Source: Nemertoderma westbladi
Lineage: Eukaryota; Animalia; Xenacoelomorpha
Direction: 5' to 3'
Length of the DNA stretch: 56,339 nt
NCBI GenBank assembly: GCA_032718475.1
Contig: JAUCBJ010003264.1
Location: forward strand, 1 to 56,339
Of the stretch, positions 34,000 to 44,537 are shown in pieces. Numbering within the stretch: position 1 is the first letter of the stretch; each line of letters opens with the position of its first letter. The position numbers were made by a program, and so were the translations under genes. The notes under the pieces are model-generated. The model did not search any database. It saw only the letters and a list, made by a program, of their open reading frames with translations, and was not told where the DNA came from.

Positions 34000-35500
34000 C
34001 ATATAACATTGATGATCTACATAAAGTAAAGAAACTTTTAATTTTAAATCGCTTTTTATCTCTAAATATACCAATATACTATACAGTAACATATTGCAGT
34101 ATCGCCATAGGTGGATTCTAGAAGTCCGATTCAATAAGAAACAACGTTAGTATTATATTAAAGGCATATTAAATGCAATTCTGGATGATATATGGCCTAC
34201 CAGATGTTATCCCTCTTCAGGGCCAGTTTGCGAAATAATAATACAATACAGTTAACTTCACGTACTTAAACATTAAAACTCGTGTTGGTAAATAATAAAA
34301 ATAATGGGAAACGCCAACACACCCAAATTAATTAAAAAACAGTCCACACAGAACTAACGGATTACCTAACAAAACATGCAATATTGGATGGATTGGACAA
34401 TTTGGATTTAGATACAAACGATCCACACAACAGGCATTGCTAACTTTACACGGACATATTACAGAATCAATTGACAAGGGTAAATTTGCCATCGGTGTGT
34501 CATTGGGCCTTTAGGCCTTTGACACCGTCAACCACGCAATACTCTTACAAAAACTAAAACACTATGGTATAGTAGATACAGCACTAGCATGGTTCAAAAA
34601 CTACCTATCAGAAAGAACTCAATTCGTTAAAATAGGATCAGAACAATCAGAACTACGTACAATCACAATAGGACTACACCAAGAAACCTTGCTCAGCCCT
34701 CTGTTATTTATTATTTATTGTAACGATTTAACACGAGTGACTACAGAATCAATATCAACATTACTATTAACAAGTCACCCATTGAACAACGAACAGTCAT
34801 AAAATCCCTGGGAGTTCTAATTGACCAACACCTCACCTGGAAATACCATTACGAACATATACGTAACAAACTAAGCCGAAACATCGGCATACTTAATAGA
34901 ATAAAATGCTTTCATTCTTAGACCCGAAACCGCAGCTACACTATATAACACAATGATCAACAACCCATACCTAAACTACTGTAATGTCGCCTGGGCTGGT
35001 GCATTCTACAACCGCACAGACACTGACACCGACACCGACCAACAGAATAGAACGAAACATACATACGCAGACGAAAACAACTCAAACCTACAGACAAACC
35101 AACAACATCATACAGAACGATCCACCATTTACAACAAAATGCCAAAAACCTAGTATTAAAGACAGGTCACTCCAATTTTAATCCACTAACAATTAGAGAA
35201 ATTTATATTTAATCAGGTTACTAACATCTGCCACGGTCACTTACACAACTCCGTCCCGACTGACATATTCTCATCACTGCTCATACCAGTATCTAATACG
35301 CATGACCACATCACACGTAACGTGACTAATAACCACTGTACTATACCGAGAACACGACTACAGATTGCTAGACAGTCAATCTGGTTCAGAGCCCACTCTG
35401 CACACTCGAAGTGTGAACTCACTCCCCACATTTGTACGCAAGGCACAAACTTTAAAATCATTAAATTCAAACCTAAGTACGTTATTAAAAAACATTAAAT
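34000..35500 (+). mobile_element. Heavily decayed CR1/Crack-like LINE RT fragments
   Basis: Manual translation near 34460-34640 gives ITESIDKGKFAIGV...AFDTVNHAILLQKLKHYGI...WFKNYLSERTQFV, followed by KSLGVLIDQHLTWK and PYLNYCNVAW. Confidence 0.75.
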
Positions 35501-36895
35501 CACAGTAGGATAAAATAGAAATCTTGAATCCACTGACGCAACAAATATAATAAAAAATACTGTCCTAATCTAATCATATGGCAACTAATGTAATGGGCCT
35601 TCCCGATTTAACCGCCATCTATACTGCGCAAATAAAATTTATTACCTAAAATTTATAATAAAAATCCTACTGTAATAATAACATACCGGTAACTAAATAT
35701 ACTGTATTATTACAGTAGTTCTCTATAATTTATTATTTAATGCTTATTTTAATACCTAACCAATTAGTATAGAATTATAAAAGAACTAAGAGCGACGCAC
35801 TCGCGATATTCAACTCATTGGGGATATGGATCTTTTTCAGGGTTCATGCAATTCCATCCAGTTTTCTTTGGCGACCTCCTCAACTGCTGCACTTCATGTA
35901 CATTCACGGATTGCAGATAAATGACCCAGCAGCTTGATTAACTAACTATATGGACGGACATACTGAATATAGCTAGTACTAGACGATAGTGATGGACGAA
36001 CTGGAACTACACTGTACTAGGTTTGCCCCTATGTATGTATGTGTAGTGTAATATAGACTATTGAGTTCATAAGCACTGAATTAGAGCACAAAATAGGAAG
36101 AATTAAACGAATACACAGAAATCGGAATGATATACCAATAAATAGTCCTATGAATGAATATTAATATAATGATGATATAGAGTAAATTAATTGTCGTTAT
36201 GCATGTCAAAATTGTAGTGAATATTAATAGCAATAAGTAATATAAATAACTAAAGTCGTTACAAGTTTGTCAATTAAACAGCTATGCATTATTTATAAAG
36301 TAAACAAGTAGATAGAAATGGACTAATATAATATATTAGTAACCATATTAATATTATTAATATGGTTTGTCGAATAAATAATACGTAAAGTAAATTAAGG
36401 GTTAGATTGTCAGAAACTATTTATAATAAGTTTCGCGCAGCATCGAGTATGACTCGCATTCTAGAATAAAGTGTCGTTCATCCTCTATCGAGCCACAATG
36501 ACATAATCTGAGTTCCCTTGGAGTTCTGTTGTATCGCCCGTTCTCGATCGCTAGCTCGTGTGAGGATGTTCTAATTCGTGGGAAGGAGACGATGTCATTG
36601 TAAGAGCATTGTCACAATATTACTATATAGCCCTACATTATAATATGGTGGGACAGTAACTTGTGTATTCATAATTATATACGGCATGTGTGCTCCTAAT
36701 AATAATATTGATTAGGTGTTTAACAAAAAACTATTTTAAAATCAATTTACTTGGTCACTTAGTAAATCTTATCTTAGTCTCATGCAATGTCGGAACTTCG
36801 TCCTGTAGTTTCGGACCTCCGTCCTATTCGGACCTTCATCCTGGAATCTATCATTATTTGGCATTTGAAATAAGGCAGAGCATTAGTTAATTAAT

Positions 36896-36905
36896 GGAAT
36901 TCCCC
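36896..36905. promoter_or_regulatory. Candidate NF-kB (kB) site upstream of the TIFA-like gene
   Basis: GGAATTCCCC (reverse complement GGGGAATTCC) matches GGGRNWYYCC; TATA-like TATAAA ~40 bp downstream; 277 bp upstream of the ATG. Confidence 0.45.
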
Positions 36906-37181
36906 TAACTCCAATGCACTTGGCTGTAATCATACTGGGTGGATTATAAAGTGGCTATTGCTATGTTAGTGTATAATTATATTACACAGTACCAATTCAA
37001 TAGCCATGACACATAATTATTTATAAACCAGGATGTAACCTTAAATTTGAGATTTATTGTAAATAGATGGCATACGAATAACAGTGATTATTAAATATAT
37101 ATTATGAGGGTAATAAATAAAAATTACATTTGAATAAAAAATAGAATTAGTTGGTTGAATATTGTTTATTCGATAAATAAT

Positions 37182-40100
37182 ATGATTGATCCAGAAGATA
37201 CCACAGTGCCTTTTGGCACAGTTGAATCATACTTACCCACAAAATTTTTTGTATCTGCTACAGCTAGCATAGCTAATGCTGAAACGCTCCGGAAAGCCTT
37301 ACCTTGCGGAAAAGTCAACTGTCTTATCGACGAGAAAGTCTCCATAGGTCGCGGAGAAGGAAACGATATCTGGTTGAACCACGATCAGTGTTCCAGGTCG
37401 CTTCTTGAAATATTCGCGCGAAGAGAAAACTCTAATCAACTTAGTTTCTTTATAAAAAATGTTTCGAGGGCGAACCTTTTTTTTGTCGACAACAGACCCT
37501 GCAGCAGCGACGAGACGAGGCAACTAGACTCTCAATCGATTATAACTTTTATGTTTCCCTCTCCGAAGTTGGAGCTCGCTGTAGAAATACGCAATGGAGA
37601 TCCAGAATTTTACAACTTTCAGTTTGATATCGAGGATAAACACGACTTTATAATGCGAGAAATTAAGAAGGACTTGAATCCGTATAAAATTGATTCTGTG
37701 GAGGAAACTTCCAAAGCGGATGAGTTGGAGTCGACCCGTGTTGTCGGCGTAGAACCGTGGGAGATTCTCTATCCGTTGAGTTATAGTCCATCGTCTGGGA
37801 GTTCCTCTGCTGGGGTCAATGGACAGGTACTGGGGAGTTGTCGACAAAGGTTTCCAGGTAAAGCGGATGGGTTGACTTTGGATGGAGCTGCACAGGGAAT
37901 GGCAGTTGCGATGGATAGGCCGGTACTGGATGGAAGTGAACAGATAATGACAGTTGAGAGAGATGGACCCGAATTGGATGGAATTACACCCGAATTGACA
38001 ATTGAGGTAGAAAGACCGGAGTTGGATGGAATTGAACAAGGATTTACAGTCGATAGAGCAGAGATGGATGGAAATACACAGGGTTGTACGGATGGGAAAA
38101 ATGAGTTGGATGGAAAGACACAGGGTTTTACAGATGGGAGAAATGAGTTGGATGGAAAGACACAGGGTTTTATGGTTGGGAGAGCTGAGTTGGATGTATT
38201 AAATACACAGAGTTTTACAGTTGGGAGAGCTGAGCTGGATGGAAAATCACAGGGTTTTATAGTTGAGAGAGATGAGTTGGATGAAAAATCACAGGGTTTT
38301 ACGGTTGGGAGAGCTGAGTTGGATGGAAAAACACAGGGCTTTACGGTTGGGAGATCTGAGTCGGATGGAAAGACACGGGGTTTTACGGTTGGGAGAGCTG
38401 AGTTGGATGGAAAATCACAGGGTTTTACGGTTGGGAGAGCTGAGTTGGATGGAAAATCACAGGGTTTTACGGTTGGGAGAGCTGAGTTGGATGGAGAATC
38501 ACAGGGTTTTACGGTTGGGAGAGCTGAGTTGGATGGAAAATCACAGGGTTTTACGGTTGGGAGAGCTGAGTTGGATGGAAAATCACAGGGTTTTACGGTT
38601 GGGAGAGCTGAGTTGGATGGAAAATCACAGGGTTTTACGGTTGGGAGAGCTGAGTTGGATGGAAAATCACAGGGTTTTACGGTTGGGAGAGCTAAGTTGG
38701 ATGGAAAATCACAGGGTTTTACGGTTGGGAGACCTGAGTTGGATGGAAAAACACAGGGTTTTACAGTTGAGAGAGATGAGTTGGATGGAAAAACACAGGG
38801 TTTTACGGTTGAGAGAGCTGAGTTGGATGGAAAGACACAGGGTTTTACAGTTGAGAGAGCTGAGTTGGATGGAAAGACACAGGGTTTTACAGTTGAGAGA
38901 GCTGAGTTGAATGGAAAATCACAGGGTTTTACAGTTGGGAGGGCTGAGTTGGATAGAAAATCACAGGGTATTACGGTTGGGAGAGCTGAGTTGGATGTAA
39001 ATACAAAGGGTTTTACAGTTGAGAGAGCTGAGTTGGATGGAAAGACACAGGGTTTTACAGTTGAGAGAGCTGTGTTGAATGGAAAATCACAGGGTTTTAC
39101 AGTTGAGAGAGATGAGTTGGATGTAAATACACAGGGTTTTACAGTTAGGAGAGCTGAGTTGGATGTAAATACACAGGGTATTACAGTTGAGAGAGATGAG
39201 TTGGGTGGAAAGACACAGGGATTTATGGATGGGAGAGGTGAGTTGGATGGAAATACACAGGGTTTTATGGATGGGAGAGCTGAGTTGGATGTAAATAAAC
39301 AGGGTATTACGGTTGGGAAAGCTGAGTTGGATGGAAAAACACAGGGTTTTACAGTTGGGAGAGCTGAGTTGGATGTAAATACACAGGGTTTTACGGTTGG
39401 GAGAGCTGAGTTGGATAGAAAATCACAGGGTTTTACGGTTGGGAGAGATGAGTTGGATGTAAATACACAGGGTTTTACAGTTGAAAGAGATGGTCCGGAA
39501 TTTGATGGAGATACACAGGAATTAACATTTGAAAGAGACGGGCCGACATTGGATGGAATTGCACAGAGGTTGACAGTTGAGAGATATGGGTCGGCATTGA
39601 ATGTCAATTCACAAGGATTGACAGTTGAAGGAGATGGGCAGACATTCGGTGGTGTTAGTCAGGGCCATACCAGAAACAAGGCTGGGCGACTTCGTCAGAA
39701 TCAACGGGTTAAATTTCAAAACGCAACAATTATTCCTAACAGCCAATCACTCAAGGGTTGCGCAATCCTCAACCCTTTTAAGCCATCCTATTCCATTTCA
39801 AACACCCCATCAACCTTACCAAATACAAATACATCAATTCCAACCTGTTTGCGAACAACTGACACAGAAAAGATATTGGAGTTATCACGATTAATTGCCA
39901 CGGTGCCAGATAGAAATTTAGCAATGGAATTGTTGAATAGTTGTGAAGCATCGAAAGTGAACTCGTTTATGGGACCAAATGTAAGAAGAACAAACCCTAG
40001 TCTTGCCGAGACCATACTGCACACCATACCCGGAAGTCTGGACACTGTAAACAAAGTCGCCATGTCCTATGTGATAATCCTGCTGAATGCCTTGGAAATT

Positions 40101-40496
40101 CCTCTCTCACAGCGTCACTTCTTCCTCCATAAATGGCCGGAGCACGGCAGCATAATTCGGAAGAACATCGATGAGATAACGGAGTTTGGTAGAAATCCCA
40201 ACGCTGATGTTTACTTAAATAGCGTGTTTGCACACCGTCGCTACTTCTATATTACATATGGTAAACTGGAAAGATCTTTCTTTATTGGACGGTATGTCTC
40301 TACTGACATGGATTATAATCACAACTCAATGGCTGAATATCAGACTCCGCCTCTCAAAATCAATGATATCATCACTCTTCCTAATATCGACATCAGTTTC
40401 AAGGTGATGGTGGAAGTGAATAGGATGGCCAAAGAGTATAAAGTTGTATTCCTTGATGAATTAAAACTCCCCATGATATACAATAATACTAATTGA
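37182..40496 (+). CDS. TIFA-like: TIFA-like FHA-domain protein, 1104 aa, single coding exon: FHA1 + ~42 tandem 14/16-aa repeats + degenerate FHA2
   Basis: FHA1: VSIGR...QCSR...LSFFIKNVSRANLFFVD...EIRNGDPEFYNFQF closely parallels TIFA as I recall it (KFGR...QVSR...LSFEIKNMSKKTNLIVD...EKEDGESLEFFETQF). FHA2: TEFGRNPNADVYLNSVFAHRRY...LKINDIITL. Long uninterrupted ORF; first ATG at 37182. Confidence 0.8.
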   Translation: MIDPEDTTVPFGTVESYLPTKFFVSATASIANAETLRKALPCGKVNCLIDEKVSIGRGEGNDIWLNHDQCSRSLLEIFARRENSNQLSFFIKNVSRANLFFVDNRPCSSDETRQLDSQSIITFMFPSPKLELAVEIRNGDPEFYNFQFDIEDKHDFIMREIKKDLNPYKIDSVEETSKADELESTRVVGVEPWEILYPLSYSPSSGSSSAGVNGQVLGSCRQRFPGKADGLTLDGAAQGMAVAMDRPVLDGSEQIMTVERDGPELDGITPELTIEVERPELDGIEQGFTVDRAEMDGNTQGCTDGKNELDGKTQGFTDGRNELDGKTQGFMVGRAELDVLNTQSFTVGRAELDGKSQGFIVERDELDEKSQGFTVGRAELDGKTQGFTVGRSESDGKTRGFTVGRAELDGKSQGFTVGRAELDGKSQGFTVGRAELDGESQGFTVGRAELDGKSQGFTVGRAELDGKSQGFTVGRAELDGKSQGFTVGRAELDGKSQGFTVGRAKLDGKSQGFTVGRPELDGKTQGFTVERDELDGKTQGFTVERAELDGKTQGFTVERAELDGKTQGFTVERAELNGKSQGFTVGRAELDRKSQGITVGRAELDVNTKGFTVERAELDGKTQGFTVERAVLNGKSQGFTVERDELDVNTQGFTVRRAELDVNTQGITVERDELGGKTQGFMDGRGELDGNTQGFMDGRAELDVNKQGITVGKAELDGKTQGFTVGRAELDVNTQGFTVGRAELDRKSQGFTVGRDELDVNTQGFTVERDGPEFDGDTQELTFERDGPTLDGIAQRLTVERYGSALNVNSQGLTVEGDGQTFGGVSQGHTRNKAGRLRQNQRVKFQNATIIPNSQSLKGCAILNPFKPSYSISNTPSTLPNTNTSIPTCLRTTDTEKILELSRLIATVPDRNLAMELLNSCEASKVNSFMGPNVRRTNPSLAETILHTIPGSLDTVNKVAMSYVIILLNALEIPLSQRHFFLHKWPEHGSIIRKNIDEITEFGRNPNADVYLNSVFAHRRYFYITYGKLERSFFIGRYVSTDMDYNHNSMAEYQTPPLKINDIITLPNIDISFKVMVEVNRMAKEYKVVFLDELKLPMIYNNTN
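37870..39670 (+). repeat. 42-bp coding tandem repeat (RAELDGK[S/T]QGFTVG), ~35 core units flanked by diverged 48-bp units
   Basis: Unit ggttttacggttgggagagctgagttggatggaaaatcacag; frame preserved throughout. Confidence 0.95.
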
Positions 40497-40509
40497 ATTA
40501 TAGATTGTA

Positions 40510-41070
40510 TTGAAACCAGTGTGACTCATTTATTTTATATATTTACACTTTATTCCAGGTAACAATTACTATTAAAATTATCATCAACCCATAATAATAA
40601 TTAATAGCACATAGAAGATGTTGTAAAATGTAATTAGGTTGGATATTATCGTCGTTAAGCGACAATAATGTATGTAAATTATTATTGACAAATATGTTAT
40701 TGAAGATCCTAGAACTATGTATTGTGCACCTATTAACCAGTGAAACAATATTATTTTTAGACACATTAACCCTATCGTACAAACTTTGTATAGATCTATA
40801 TCGAATGAGAATGAAACACGGTAAATTGTTAATACCAATAAATAATGACATACTAGAACGGAAAGGCAATTTGAAAATCATACGTGCAGCCGAATTATAA
40901 GCAACCTTAAGACGGTTATATACATATTCAGAATAATTCTGAGCGGACCATAATGCGTTACAATAAAGAGGCGTGATATATGACCTAAAAAGAGTAAATT
41001 TCACGGTGTTAGTGCAATTAATAAATTTCCTACATAATTTATTTGCGCGTGCGTATAACCCCCTAGTTAC
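40510..41070 (-). mobile_element. 3' fragment of a non-LTR retrotransposon, tail-to-tail with the TIFA-like gene
   Basis: KFTLFRSYITPLYCNALW...RLKVAYNSAARMIFKLP is a typical LINE ORF2 C-terminal region. Confidence 0.65.
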
Positions 41071-41918
41071 ATTCTTAAAACCCTTTCAGTACCATGGCTC
41101 ACCCATGCGAGCCACGTCAATAGGCGCCTTGGCTCACATGTATGAGCCATAGATTCAATATGTATCTATGGGTGATTAGTTGCCAGTGGCGCATAAGTGG
41201 CACCATTCAAATTTATCTAGCGCATAAGAAAAATTATAAAAAAAATTTCAAAAACCTAAACCATGGTTGCAACCTATCAGACTGCCTGACAATTACAAAC
41301 TGCAGCCACCAAATTGTAGCCAATATACAGTAGTGCATTTCTGCATTCTGCATATTACATAGGATTGATACTGTACATAGGTTTTAAAACCACTTCAGCA
41401 TATTATCAAATAGAGATGTCTGACTCGCTTTTTATGGTACTATAATATTCATAACTTATTTGATTATAGATGGACGCGTTTGGTGTTTTGGTTATATTTA
41501 GTGGCTAAAGCAACATAAATTGAAACTAGGTGGTTCTTTTATGTCCATGAAAGTTTTTTTTAACCATTTCTGCTCTTTATCAATTAGGCTAGCTCTGGCT
41601 AGCTGAATGTTACCGTCACTTTAATACCGTTTTAATGGCTGGTTAGTGTTTTGGTTGTAGATTGGGTAAACCTTATTCAATGGAATGCTCCATTTGGAAT
41701 GCCTATGTTTTGGTTTGTTGTTCATTCATCATTATTTATCACCAAATAAAATATTGCATCTGTCACTAAACACTACTTCCCTAACGTAGTGGGGAAAAAT
41801 TACAGGACATATGCTCGTACTCTGGTAGTTTTAGATACAGCAGGCCTATAGGCCTACCGATATACACTACGCACTGGCTGGCTGTGAACGAACCTCCTAA
41901 ACTTATAACAAAAAGAAA

Positions 41919-41990
41919 ATCCATGATCCGGCATTGAACCCGGAACATTCACATCTGAATTCAGACGCTTTACCGAGTGAGCTATCAGAC
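41919..41990 (-). repeat. tRNA-derived SINE-like head (not a functional tRNA)
   Basis: Minus strand A-box TAGCTCACTCGG and B-box GGTTCAATGCC at tRNA spacing; no proper anticodon loop or acceptor stem. Confidence 0.55.
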
Positions 41991-42079
41991 ATGGAGGACT
42001 TCATATAAAAATTTACACATAAATCCTAATATAGAAACTAGAGATGAATGGTCCAACATTGAGGGTCCGGTCCCTCTTT

Positions 42080-43090
42080 CCTACTACTACTACTAGGATC
42101 GGCATGCTGCATTGCAGCTGCATTTTTAAGAATGCTGTGCCGGCTTGTCAACAAAATTGCACCACCACAACTCCCTATCACCCATGACATTTGCTAGATC
42201 ATCCGCATCTTTAAGGCCAGTGTCCTTTAAGATGCGTCTCAAGAAAGTCATGGGCTGTCCAACATGCTTATTCACTCCATGAGGCTGCCAAAGTACAAGA
42301 TTATGCACTGGCTGGTCCTCACGGCGAAAGCAATGTCCTGCAAAGCGGAGGCGATTTTGTTCTAGTGTCAAGCTTGGGGGAACCAATGAGACACCTCCAA
42401 TGTTATATAGTGTCTGGTTGGAGATGTGTGCATTGTACTTGACACAATGAACCAGGCGTAGCATTCTTGTGAATCTGCCATCCAGAGATTTGGTGTCCTC
42501 AGCAGTTAGAGCCCAGCATGGACTCCCGTAGAGGAGTACTGGAACTACTGCTGCTCTAAATAATCGGACCTTAAGTTTCCGATTAATTCTAGGTGACTTC
42601 CAAATCCTGGAAAGCCTATTCAGGGCTGCCCATGCCTTTCCCTTACGTATTCGAAGGTCCTCACCTGACTTCTGGATCCATGATTCCAGGTAACAGAAGT
42701 CGTCCACATGCTCAAGCATACCAACCTTTGAGCTTATGCTCATCCGATCAGAGACTTGCTGAGGACTTTCAAAGTTAACTGTCAGAATTTTGGTCTTTCT
42801 GGAGTTAATAAAAAGACCAACACTAGAAGCAGCCTGTTCTAATGAGCTGAGGAGCCGTTCGGCTCCCTCTAGTGATTCTGAGAGTACTCCTAAGTCATCA
42901 GCAAAGTCTAGATAGTCAAAAATAGTCAACCACAATAATGAACAAGAATGGTGCAAGTGTTTCTCCTTGGAGGACGCCCCATAACACTTCAAATGGTTCT
43001 GTGTCACCGTCAACAGTAGACACAAATGTTGTCGAACCATCGTGTACTGATCTGATTGCGGCAATAATTTCATCAGGAATCCCATATAAT
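42080..43090 (-). mobile_element. 5'-truncated RTE LINE with (TAG)n tail
   Basis: LDFADD, DDFCYL, PVLLYGSPCW, RLRFAGHC in ORF 42126-43085; plus-strand ctactactacta tail at ~42081-42095. Confidence 0.88.
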
Positions 43091-44537
43091 AGTGGAGAAT
43101 AGTTTGGGTAGATTACATTAAGAAATACTTTAGGATATTCGACGCTAGGCGGTTATTTGAAAGTAGCGGGTCAGCAGGTTTACAGCTGTAGCTAGGGTAG
43201 TGCAGTAGTGATATCGCTGAGTTAAATCAGCACAAGGTCAAAGTTTCGGCATTAGGGAAATTAATACCCCACCTTTTGCATATTAAAATATTCTCACATT
43301 CGACATTGTTCCGCCCAGCAAACTGCCTGTATTTCTCTGTGGAAAGTGAATGCCGAGTGCTAAAGTCACCCGCACTCATATTAATTAGCTTAGGAAGCCA
43401 AATCAGATTTATTGTTTTGGTTATTTCTGTTTGGTTTATAAATTAGAACGATTAGCTTGATATGTTATAGCTTGATTAAATTTTTTCTTTTCAAAATACA
43501 AACATATCAAAAGGAAAGACCACCCTGGGGTGCTTTTAACAGTAGACTGTCCTCAGGGTGACATCTTTTAACTGTAATAAGCCTTTATATATTTCGTTCA
43601 CTAGTCGTAGAGAATGTAGTAATTTGTTGGGCCGTTAGGGTAAATTGTAAAATCAGTACAATTCAAAATTAGTAGCTAGGTTTGTGAGAATTCAGTTTCG
43701 GCCAAAATTATATATAATAAAATTTAGGGTTTTAGTACCAGTATGTTGAATAACCGCCTAATTATTTTATACCACCTGGAGATACATGGCGAGATGGAAC
43801 TTCTGATGTTGGGGTTTGTGTGGGTCTACGGGTTCGGTTTGCAATCAGCAACGAGACTGAAGCCTAGGACGCAGATGTGGAATCTCACAGCGAACAAGGT
43901 TAGTTGTTCTGTTGGTACCATTGAGTTTGTGGAAGCAGTAAAAAATTATTAAAAAAAAATTTATTTAAAAAATTATTTAAAAAATTGTGACTGCGAAACT
44001 GAACTCAGTTTATTAGTTAGGATAGTTAGGTTTAGCCGGCCTTGGTGTTTTGGATCGCTCAGTTGGAGGAAGGAGAGAGTGTCGTGACCTGAAGGTGTAG
44101 CTACTCGCCAGTGGATACATATATAAAATTTAAAAATAAAATTAGGCTGATTTAAGCTATATATATATATATAATTAGAAATATTGTTGGGTGACAGATT
44201 TATTTTTTTTTGAATTTTTTGAATTAGATTCAAAAATATGTTGGTGTCATACCGGTATTTAAATGCTGTATAATAGCTATAGACCTATATTTTGTTTAAA
44301 AATTATACCGGTATTTACTGTAACTATATACTTAAATTCATAATATTTTTTTTATTGTGAATTAACCATATTCGTATTTGATATTTGAGACCAAATAAAT
44401 TATTTGACAAATAATTTAATCGACATTTCGATTAAATTAATATATATCTCAAATTTTGGAGATTTCAGCCGGCAAAATAACTAGCAAAAATAGCAAGCAA
44501 GGCAAATAACTATATATATATATATATATTTAAAAAA

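Noticed and set aside
36395-36405. Telomerase-RNA template (CTAACCCT on the minus strand) next to the pseudoknot candidate
   Set aside because: It would lie 3' of the pseudoknot on that strand, the wrong order, and the match is imperfect.
37781-39607. 608-aa antisense ORF and 215-aa alternative-frame ORF
   Set aside because: By-products of a stop-free 42-bp repeat; they extend little beyond the array and have no domain signal.
41919-41990. Functional tRNA gene
   Set aside because: A/B boxes are present but there is no 7-nt anticodon loop or full acceptor stem.
43100-44530. 5' LTR/PBS of the plus-strand BEL element
   Set aside because: Plausible by position, but I found no second LTR copy or clear PBS to define boundaries.
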